Origin: Octopus sinensis
Lineage: Eukaryota
NCBI RefSeq assembly: GCF_006345805.1
Contig: NW_021823950.1
Coordinates: 1-20,711 of the forward strand
DNA: 20,711 nt
Direction: 5' to 3'
This document shows positions 10,801 through 20,072 of this stretch, piece by piece. The position numbers were made by a program, and so were the translations under genes. A model generated the notes under the pieces. That model was not told the origin of the DNA, ran no database searches, and saw only the letters and a program-made list of their open reading frames with translations. Position 1 is the first letter of the stretch. Each line of letters starts with the position of its first letter.

Positions 10801-10953
10801 CCTTGCCAGCCATCTGACGACTCATTCTTTGCTTACTAGAAGTTTATTCCACGCGCATTCCTTCAGGAAACAACTTTGAGGACGTATGCGTGTGCATTTA
10901 TGAGCGTGTGCGTGTGTGTGTGTGTCGGGTGTGCGTAGATATGTGTGTTTAGT

Positions 10954-11268
10954 GAAAGTGCATGGCTTAGTGCTTCGGGTAATCGGCTCTCGATCGTAAT
11001 GTTGTGAGTTCGATCCCCAGCAACGCCTTGTGTTCTTGAGCAAGACACTTTATTTCACGTTCTTCTAATCCACCCAGCAGGCAAAATTGAGTCATATATT
11101 TCAAAGTGAGGTGGGGGGGGAGGGTTGCATCTTTGTCACATCTGTGTAACCCTGAATCTCTGTGTGTACACTTGTCTTTGGGGTGCTCATCCACGTCAAT
11201 TTCATGAGTAAACTGCTCCGATGATCGGATCAACAGGAACACTCGTCGTAGTAACCGACGGAGTACCT
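10954..11268 (+). mobile_element. tRNA-derived SINE (family D)
   Basis: A-box tggcttagtg (10963-10972) and B-box gagttcgatccc (11006-11017), then tgtgttcttgagcaagacactt, a central motif common in metazoan SINEs. The tail recurs in degraded form at ~12190-12275. Confidence 0.8.
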
Positions 11269-11809
11269 ATTTGTTATGTGTGGTTGTGTATCGAAATATG
11301 TATGTGCGAATATCGATCCATTTGACTCTGTGTACCTTAAAGCTATGTATGCCACTATACAGATGTAACCTCTCTTGCAAAGCATAATGTTAAGTGAAGC
11401 ATTCGCTATAAGAGAAGTCGATTAATTGAAGAGAAAAACTGAATAGTTGGGTCGATATGAATAATTAAAGTGAAACCCTTGAAGCTGGTCTGGCATCCCA
11501 TCATGATCGCAGACAAATGACGGAAACCAAAAACAAGAAGAACAGAAAAGAAGAGGAAAGCTTTCTCACCTTTCAGGAAAAGCGACTGCAAATGCGAAAG
11601 ACGTTATTTTAACCTTCAGTAGCAAATGTCACACCTTGTCAAGTTTCAAGAACACTACTAAACCAATAGACTATTCAGTAGGATGGTTCTGGAAATATAG
11701 CCTTTAGCGAGGAAAAATGTTTTAGAATTTGATATATAAGAGCTTTAAATTTGTGCTAATATATTTAATACGAAGAGCAAGAGTTCAGGTATTTTCATTG
11801 CTCTACGAT

Positions 11810-11925
11810 TGGCAAGGTGGTGCCGTAAGAGTTTTAGATAGAATGTCAAGCGTTGTTTTCTTTCGTTCCAACTGTCCTGGCTTCAGAGTTCAAATCCCGG
11901 AGAATTCAGCGTTTGATTGAATTTC
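11810..11925 (+). mobile_element. Highly degraded SINE head (family C-like)
   Basis: ttcagagttcaaatcccgg (11882-11900) resembles ttctgagttcaaattcc (19606-19622). Upstream similarity is weak. Confidence 0.4.
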
Positions 11926-12189
11926 GACCTGGCATTCAATGGAAATGTGTTTGTTAAGAGGAAGTGCAAATGATGATAAAATCACATGTTACTACTGTCC
12001 CTCTGTCGGTGCTGACGAAATTTCGTCTGCCGATGTAATTTCTCCGCAGACAGATGACGGAGATCAAAATAACCTTCACTGCTTTTTAGCACTCAACGTC
12101 TACACGGAATGGTTTCTCAAGATGATTACCGCAGTCTACTGCGCTCTTCGCAACACACCCAAGTTAAGTTGGATGTGGAAATTAATAAA

Positions 12190-12275
12190 ATATAGGAGCG
12201 TTTGTGAAATATTCAGCCACTTCGCATGCTGATTCAATCAACAGCTTATTCAGCTGAATGAACAGCGTAACCGCC
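12190..12275 (+). mobile_element. Degraded SINE tail (family D-like)
   Basis: gtttgtgaaatattcagccacttcgcatgctgattcaat...gcgtaaccg resembles gtctttggggtgctcatccacgtcaatttcat...gtagtaaccg (11175-11257). Confidence 0.4.
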
Positions 12276-12466
12276 ATACATCGCAGTCGGCATTACACCT
12301 ATGGCTTATTCGTGAATATGCCCGTGCATGATTTTCTTCCTTTCCATGGTGTGTGTGTGTGTCTGTCGTTACGTTTTACATATGCATCTTTGTAGATGCA
12401 CACAGGCAAGTGTGTGCATTTATTCATTTAGAGAATTCCAAATGCCAAATCATTGGAATTACAAGT

Positions 12467-13848
12467 TGTATGTATGTATGTATGCATGCATGCATGTATG
12501 TATGTATGTATGTATGTATGTATGCATGCATGCATGTATGTATGTATGTATGTATGTATGTTGTATGTATGCATGTATGTATGTATACATGCATGTATGT
12601 ATGTATGTATGTATGCATGTATGCATGTATGTATGTATGTATGTATGCATGTATGTATGTATGTATGTTTGTATGTATGAATGTATGTATGTATGTATGT
12701 TTGTATGTATGAATGTATGTATGTATGTATGCATGTATGTATGCATGCATGTATGTATGTATGTATGCATGTATGTATGTATGTATGTATGAATGTATGT
12801 ATGTATGTATGTTTGTATGTATGAATGTATGTATGTATGTATGTTTGTATGTATGAATGTATGTATGTATGTATGCATGTATGTATGCATGCATGTATGT
12901 ATGTATGTATGTACGTATGCATGTATGTATGTATGCATGTATGTATGTATGTATGTATGTATGTATGTGTGTATGTATGTACGTATGTATGTATGTATGT
13001 ATGTATGTATGTATGTATGTATGTATGCATGTATGTACGTATGTATGCATGTATGCATGTATGTATGTATGTATGTATGCATGCATGCATGTATGCATGT
13101 ATGTATGTATGTATGTATGCATGAATGCATGTATGTATGTATGCATGTATGTATGCATGCATGTATGTATGTATGTATGTATGTACGTATGCATGCATGT
13201 ATGTATGTATGTATGCATGTATGTATATATGTATGTATGTATGCATGTATGTATGTATGTATGCATGCATGCATGTATGCATGCATGTACGTATGTATGC
13301 ATGTATGCATGTATGTATGTATGTATGCATGCATGTATGCATGTATGTATGTATGCATGTATGCATGTATGTATGTATGTATGCATGTATGCATGTATGC
13401 AAGTATGTATGTATGTATGTATGTATGCATGTATGTATGTACGTATGCATGCATGCATGTATTATGCATGCATGTACGTATGTATGCATGCATGCATGTA
13501 TGTATGTATGTATGTATGTATGCATGTATTTAAGTATGTATGTATGTGTGTATGTATGTATGTATGTATGCATGCATGTATGTATATATATGTATGTATG
13601 TAAGCATGCATGCATGTATGTAAGTATATATGTATCTATGTATGTATGCATGTATGCATGTATGTATGCATGCATGCATGTATGCATGTATGTATGTATG
13701 TATGTATGCATGCATGCATGTATGCATGTATGTATGTATGTATGTATGTATGTATGTATGCATGTATGTATGTATGTATGTATGCATGTATGTATGTATG
13801 CATGTATGCATGTATGTATGTATGTATGCATGCATGCATGTATGCATG

Positions 13849-13880
<32 letters not shown>

Positions 13881-14330
13881 CATGTATGTATGTACGTATG
13901 CATGCATGCATGTATGTATGCATGCATGTACGTACGCATGCATGCATGTATGTATGTATGTATGCATGCATGTATGCATGCATGTACGTATGTATGCATG
14001 TATGCATGTATGTATGTATGTATGCATGTATGTATGTATGCATGTATGCATGTATGTATGTATGTATGCATGTATGTATGTATGCATGTATGCATGTATG
14101 TATGTATGCATGCATGCATGTATGTATGTATGTATGCATGTATGTATGTATATATGTATGCATGCATGTATTTAAGTATGTATGTATGTGTGTATGTATG
14201 CATGTATGTATGTATGTATGCATGCATGTATGTATATATATGTATGTATGTAAGCATGCATGCATGTATGTAAGTATATATGTATCTATGTATGTATGGA
14301 TGGATGGATGGATGGATGGATGGATGTATG
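12467..14330. repeat. ~1.86-kb (TATG)n tetranucleotide array rich in CATG variants, ending in (GATG)n
   Basis: Directly visible. It accounts for all the MYVC/HTYI ORFs in this interval. Confidence 0.97.
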
Positions 14331-14459
14331 GCCACTCTTAGTTCTACTAGTAACATGTAACTTATTGCATGGTCGGGCCGTAGGTGACTAAGGTGGCAAC
14401 TCTGCCAAATCTACTTGATTAGAAGGGTGGTTTTACTTGAACAACCTGCACTATGGAAA

Positions 14460-14600
14460 ACAAAACCTGTTGAAGAGCAAATGAACTCGGTAGTGTCAAC
14501 GGCCATATCCAGTGCTGAGAGCGAATACTCCGAGTTACTTTCAAAATGTCTCTCAAAGAGAAAGAACTCTTGCGGATATGTTTGCCGCCAATGATGAAGA
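14460..14600 (-). mobile_element. Possible inverted RTE-clade fragment
   Basis: The minus strand reads KHIRKSSFSLRDILKVT..LPSSFALQQ. This resembles the RTE segment (xHIRxLxxFHxRCLRxILxIxW...LPSxxxLL) that normally precedes RWLGHV. Weak and degraded. Confidence 0.35.
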
Positions 14601-14704
14601 CCAGTTCTTCTCTTTGGGCAAATGTATACATTATTTAGAAAGAGGGGTTCACCCTGTATTAGGATTTTCCTAACTTCGGGCACAGTCACCGATTAAGTTT
14701 TAAC

Positions 14705-15115
14705 ATTCCATTCAACGTATCAGATATGCATGGCTTGGACGTGTGAAGCTGATGGATGACAGCAGAATTCCTAAACCGCTGTTGTATGACGAGTTGGCTC
14801 AGAGTAGCAGACCCAAGGGATGACCAAAACTGTGATTTAAGGACATATGTAAGAACAGCCTGACCAAGTGCCACATTGTTGCAAGGACTTGAGAAAAGTT
14901 GACTGAAGACAGAACAGCATGGAAAACCCCTCAGTGGGACAAAGGAGTCAAACAGCTTGAGGAAGAAAACATTCTGGCACTTGAAGCAAAGCGGCAAAGA
15001 AAGACAACACGCCTCAGCCCTGCAGCAACTTCCTTGCTTGCAGATTTTACAGCAGAATTTGCTCATCAGACATAGGAAGCAACAGTTATGATAGAAGCTG
15101 CAGGAAGAAGGCTAT
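14705..15115 (+). mobile_element. Degraded 3' fragment of an RTE-clade LINE (post-RT region and C-terminal Cys/His motif)
   Basis: From 14707: SIQRIRYAWLGRVKLMDDSRIPKPLLYDELAQSSRPKG*PKL*FKDICKNSLTKCHIVART*EKLTEDRTAWK...GVKQLEEE...KRQRK. A shifted frame gives CRFYSRICSSDIG..YDRSC. This matches the RTE pattern RWLGHVxRMxDxRxPKxLLYGEL..GRPxxRFKD..DRxxWR. Three in-frame stops. Confidence 0.9.
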
Positions 15116-15169
15116 GAGAACTCATCTAAGATATTCTCTGCTGCTTAGACCGTCTGTGGAAACGTAAAG

Positions 15170-15520
15170 AGCCGAATACAAAGACTTAGGCGAAGTCGAA
15201 AAAGGCAAAACAAACAATGAAAAATTCCATGATGGAAAGAAGCTGTGTCAACGTGCGTGGATGTTTTGCAAGCAACTTGCACATGCAAGTGCTACCGGTC
15301 AAAAACTCCGCATACCGGAAGCCAGCAAGTGTATGGGATCATCAGGAGAGAGTGCATGCTGTTTCGGTGTAAATTGTCTGGACACTTTCCGCAAATGGCG
15401 GCCAGTGTCGTCACATGTGTGAAAAGCGTGTAAGTCGTGGGCAGGGCTGAAAGACAGCCGCCATGTTACTTTAAGACAACGATCAAGCGATGGCAATGCT
15501 CAGTATGGAACTGCAGCCAT
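15170..15520 (+). mobile_element. Second degraded RTE-like 3' end running into (TATG)n
   Basis: YKD near 15177, WKEAVSTCVDVLQ from 15233, and CRHMC (15406-15420) followed after a frameshift by KACKSWAGLK, a C2H2-like terminal motif. The TATG array follows after a short tail. Confidence 0.5.
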
Positions 15521-16158
15521 TATGTATGTGTGTATGTATGTATGTATGTATGTATGTATGTATGTATGTATGTATGTGTGTATGTATGTATGTATGTGTG
15601 TATGTATGTATGTATGTGTGTGTGTATGTATGTATGTATGTATGTATGTATGTATGTATGTGTATGTATGTATGTATGTATGTGTGTATGTATGTATGTA
15701 TGTATGTGTGTGTGTATGTATGTATGTATGTATGTATGTATGTATGTGTGTATGTATGTATGTGTGTATGTATGTATGTATGTATGTATGTATGTGTGTA
15801 TGTATGTATGTATGTATGTGTGTATGTATGTATGTGTGTATGTATGTATGTGTGTATGTATGTATGTATGCACGTACGTACGTACGTATGTATGTATGAA
15901 TGTATGTATGTATGTATGTATGTATGTATGTATGTATGTATGTACGTATGCATGTATGTATGTATGTATGTATGTATGTATGTATGTACGTATGTATGTA
16001 TGCATGTATGTATGTATGTATGTACGTATGTATGTACGTATGTATGTATGCATGTATGTATGTATGTATGTATGTATGTATGTATGTATGTATGCACGTA
16101 CGTACGTACGTACGTATGTATGTATGTATGAATGTATGTATGTATGTATATATGTATG

Positions 16159-16192
<34 letters not shown>

Positions 16193-16372
16193 TGCATGTG
16201 TTTATGTATGTATGTAGTTAAGTATGCATATATGTATGTGCATATGTATGTAGATATGTATGTGTGTATATATATGAATGTATGCATCTATGTGTATATG
16301 TATGGCTGTATGTATGTATGAGTGTATGTATGTGTATGTATGTGTATATGTATGTACGTATGTATGTATGCA
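15521..16372. repeat. ~850-bp (TATG)n array with TGTG and TACG variants
   Basis: Directly visible. Confidence 0.97.
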
Positions 16373-16749
16373 GGTCAACTCGAGACTCTGTTAATGCAGA
16401 AAGCGAAACACGGTGTGGACACAAACACAAAAATAAACAACCCATTAAACACAGCAAAAGTTCAAATTTATTGTTTTAATTCCATAAATCCATACCTACT
16501 TTAATTAGTCATTTGGGAAAACACGCGAAGGTAATTACACTATATCAATAATCACATTAATATTATACTCTTAATACATAATTAAAACATTAAATTTATT
16601 GTGAAATTTTGCCCCGGTAGTAATAAGAGGAAAACAATGCTTTGTTAAGTTTATTGATTAAAAGGAAGGTTTGGCGAATGCGTTAATTGAAATGTCCCCA
16701 TTTGGAGAACGTTAATAATCGTTGCCATTATCTTAATTCATTAGAGATA

Positions 16750-16895
16750 CAGTCACGTGATCACGTGGTGAAGGGGTTCGCTTTCTAAATGTGCGGTCCC
16801 GGATTCAGTCCTGTTGCTCGCCACGTTGGACAAATTTCTTCCACCATTGCCTCCATTTCGTTGCCTCATGTTTTGTCAAAGAGCTGTGAATTGGT
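16750..16895 (+). mobile_element. Degraded SINE head and body (family A)
   Basis: ggtcccggattcagtcctgttgctcgccacgttggacaaatttcttccaccattgcctc aligns with ggctccgggttcagtcccttgcgtggcaccttgggcaagtgttttctactatagcctc (9832-9890). Confidence 0.65.
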
Positions 16896-17465
16896 ATGAA
16901 CTGGAAGAACAGAATGGTAGGGGAAAGACGTGGATTGGTTGAACCAGTACGAGTGATAATAGGCGATCGAGATAGCAACAATTTTCAAGAACTGGTAAAC
17001 TGGCAGTCATGCTGGCAGCATTCTGGTAGAACTGGTAAAATGCCTGTCAAGATGGTGGTAGATCAACTGTTGTGGTAGAATAAAGTAACATCCAAAACGG
17101 TGACGGATGTATAGAACTGGTAGAATGACAAGCAACATGGTGGTATATTTGTTGAATTATTAGAGTAACAGTCAAGATGGCGGCAGATTTGTAGGTCGTA
17201 CAGTAGATTGATTGCTAAAATGGTGGAACTTGTAGAGTGGCAGTCAAGATGGTGGCAGATATTTAGAACTGGTAGAGTGAGTACCAACATGACAGAAAGT
17301 TGACGTTACTGGTAGAACAGTAGTCGATATGGCAGTAGATTAATAGAACTTGTAATGTTAAGTGTCAAACAAATTTCTGATGAATTAACAGAACTAGTAG
17401 AATAATATAGAGCCGAGAGCAGAATGCTGGTAGACTGGAAGGACTTGTAGAACGGTGTAGAAGAT
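16895..17465 (+). repeat. Degenerate ~40-bp minisatellite (consensus approx. GAACTGGTAGAGTGGCAGTCAAGATGGTGGCAGATTTGTA)
   Basis: GAACT(G/T)GTA-like unit starts at 16989, 17029, 17114, 17154, 17226, 17266, 17306, 17346 and 17391. gtcaagatgg recurs three times. Confidence 0.8.
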
Positions 17466-17469
17466 GCAA

Positions 17470-17840
17470 TGAGGTATTTTCAGTCACATCTTTTTACGTT
17501 CTGCGTTCAAATTACACTGAAGATGTTTTTGCTTTTCAAACTTGCAGAAACGCCTAAATTAAGTACGAGTCCCGAATTGGTGCCAGTGTTCCTCCCAACA
17601 AACGTAAGACATTTTGCTTATTTAAAAAATCGTACTTCATTTCAGAGCAGTTGTTAGAATAATTGGGAGAACGTTTGCCCAAGAATTTTGTGGTTTTCAG
17701 TTACATCCCGGAGTTCAAAACCCACTTCAGTCGAAATCACTTTTCATCCTTCCGAGCTTCTTAAAACAAATGAGTAGTTCCACAGTATTCGATGTGATAT
17801 CTTTTACAGTTCTTTACATTCTGAGTTCAAATTTCAGTTC
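17470..17840 (+). mobile_element. Three degraded family C SINE fragments
   Basis: ttacgttctgcgttcaaatt (~17494), gagttcaaaaccc...cttttcatccttccg (~17711-17755) and ttacattctgagttcaaatt (~17814) each match 19602-19654. Confidence 0.6.
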
Positions 17841-18430
17841 CCCTATCATTGGACATTGTGTGACGGTAAACTGGTTATGAGGCCCCAAACTAATAGGGCT
17901 ATTAACACTACACCGAACGGGTTGATACGAAAGGAGTAAAATCTCTGTCACATCAATATCACAAGCTGATCCTCAGAAAATAAATAGAATAAATAACGCC
18001 AAGACAAAAAAAATTATTCTGCAGAAGGATTTCTTTCACAATTCCAGATATTAAAAATTCTGGCAGTCTTAGAAACCGATGCCATAATTCTTTCAAACAT
18101 TAGAATAACAGAGATGAGTCAAGTGGACGCCTGACTATTATACGTTTTCCTGTATTTTCTTTTAGTTATGCATCTTTACAGTTGAATTTTTAACAAATGT
18201 TTGGTTTGCCTTTCATTCAAGAAAGTACTTAATATTCATTACGTTATTTAAAGTACAACTCTAAAATGTATAGCATTTTTATTTAATAGTTTACTAGTAC
18301 GCCTTTCAGGGGCCTTCGAGACGCAGAAAGTAATATTTAAAGAATTTGGGAATACGAAACCTTCGAACTGTAACTTGTAAGCTTTAAAATGCAAGAAAAA
18401 CGGCGATTCCACCCAAGCAATTTAAGAATC

Positions 18431-18762
18431 CAATTGCAGCGTGGAGGTGTTTGTAAGTCATTTAAGAAACACACAAAAGCCGTTCGATTCACTTCAACAT
18501 TTTAGTTTAATTTGTCAAAATATTTTCGTCGCTTTAAAACCGCGACCCGTTCACTGACAAAAATCCGTGCTGCATCTCGGATCTCGGATCGCGGTCTTAA
18601 AGCGACGAAAATATTTTGACAAATTAAACTTAAATGTTGAAGTGAATCGAACGGCTTTTGTGTGTTTCTTAAATGGCTTACAAACACCTTCCACGCTGCA
18701 ATTGTTTTCGTTTCAGCACACGATCTCAGATCAAATCACTTGCTATGCGAGGACATCTCTGT
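18431..18762. mobile_element. Inverted-repeat insertion with a 12-bp flanking direct repeat; probable Penelope-like element terminal (pLTR) remnant
   Basis: Arms 18431-18545 and 18589-18704 are reverse complements with about 3 mismatches and 1 indel. aatttaagaatc occurs at 18419-18430 and 18763-18774. The element contains a hammerhead-like motif. No RT or GIY-YIG sequence is present, so the family call is inference. Confidence 0.7.
18511..18561 (-). ncRNA. Minimal type I hammerhead-ribozyme-like motif with a variant core
   Basis: The minus strand reads UUUGUCA-GUGAACG-G-GUCGC-GGUUUUAAA-GCGAC-GAAA-AUAU-UU-UGACAAA. This gives a 7-bp stem I, a core at the CUGANGA position, a 5-bp stem II, GAAA, a palindromic mini stem III and UH. 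Confidence 0.55.
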
Positions 18763-19212
18763 AATTTAAGAATCAGAGCGACAAAATAAATAACAATCTG
18801 AGATAAAAAGGGTTTTTTTTTTTTTCAGAAACACTATCACGCGCAAACAACAACCGTAATTGAAAAACAACAAAACAAAAATGAAAGAAAAAGCATCAGA
18901 AAAACATATTTGACTTTAAGCAAGAAAAGGGCAAATGCATTGGGTTAATAACGAACAAACATAAACTAGAAAAACAGGATGACAGAAATAGAACAGGTAC
19001 TGAACCGAATGCCAAACTGTATTTCCTAAGCGGAATTTACAGCCAGTTGGTGAATTTGGTATAAGCACCGGGGAGAGTAGAAATTATAGATTTCGAAAAG
19101 TGTGGAATCGGTAAATCGAAGATGGAACTGAATATGGATGTTTTTATAAAGAAAGTGATGACCTAGAAACGGCGCCTAGCTGTCATCACTACTACTACTG
19201 CTGTGGGTGATA

Positions 19213-19447
19213 TATTTATTTCTTTATTGCCCACAGGGGGCGAAACATAGAGGAGCAAACAAGGATAGACAAGGGGATTGAGTCGATTATATCGACCCCA
19301 GTGCGTAACTGGTATTCATTATATCGATCCCGAAAGGATGAAAAGCAAAGTCGACCTCGGCGGAATTTGAACTCAAGAACGTAACGGCAGACGAAATTCT
19401 GCTAAGCATTTCGCCCGGTGTGCTAACGTTTCTGCCTGCTCGCCAAC
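19213..19447 (-). mobile_element. tRNA-derived SINE (family C), reverse orientation
   Basis: The reverse complement aligns along its whole length with 19541-19770. Confidence 0.9.
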
Positions 19448-19537
19448 TTGCTGTGTGTGATATATTAACAGACATATTTATATAGTAAACTAAACTTACA
19501 CTCTCAAGAAATATATTCAATATTCGAAGATCCTTAA

Positions 19538-19942
19538 AGCGGCGAGCTGGCAGAAACGTTAGCACGCCGGGCGAAATGCGTAGCCGTATTTCGTCTGCCG
19601 CTACGTTCTGAGTTCAAATTCCACCGAGGTCGACTTTGCTTTTCATCCTTTCGGGGTCGATTAAATAATTACCAGTTACGCACTGGGGTCGATATAATCG
19701 ATTTAACCCGTTTGTCTGTCCTTGTTTGTCCCCTCTGTGTTTAGCCCCTTGTGGATAGTGAAGAAATAGGCATTTCGTCTGTCTTGACGTTCTTGAGTTC
19801 AAATTCCGCCGAGGTCGACTTTGCCCCTTTCATCCGTTCGGGGTCGATAAATTAAGTACCAGTTGCGTACTGGGGTCGATCTAATCAACTGATCCTCTCC
19901 CCCAAAATTTAAGGCTTTGTGCCTAGTGTAGAAAAGAATATT
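19538..19942 (+). mobile_element. tRNA-derived SINE (family C) with dimeric structure
   Basis: A-box-like agctggcagaa and B-box gagttcaaattcc (19610-19622). A second, headless unit restarts at atttcgtctg (19772; compare 19588), with its own B-box and a different tail. Confidence 0.9.
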
Positions 19943-19983
19943 TGAAGATTAGTAAACAGACAATTAAACTACCCGTGTATCAA

Positions 19984-19984
19984 C

Positions 19985-20044
<60 letters not shown>

Positions 20045-20072
20045 GCTCTCTCTCTTTCTCTCATACACACAC
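19984..20072. repeat. (CT)n(CA)n compound microsatellite
   Basis: Directly visible. Confidence 0.95.

Noticed and set aside
9785-11020. tRNA genes at the A/B-box motifs (also at 19540-19625)
   Set aside because: No complete cloverleaf is apparent, and the motifs continue into dispersed-repeat bodies, so they are SINE heads.
11939-12232. 97-aa ORF in complex sequence
   Set aside because: It has no recognisable domain and its 3' end overlaps a decayed SINE tail.
12328-16504. Long ORFs of up to 642 aa made of MYVC/HTYI repeats
   Set aside because: They are translations of (TATG)n, which is stop-poor in all frames. There is no non-repeat domain.
16895-17465. CRISPR-like repeat-spacer array
   Set aside because: The conserved part is only ~10 bp, the intervening sequences resemble each other, there are no cas genes and the context is eukaryotic.
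18431-18704. MITE or pre-miRNA
   Set aside because: The inverted repeat is not terminal on the right (58 extra bp before the direct repeat), and the ~115-bp stem is longer than a typical animal pre-miRNA.
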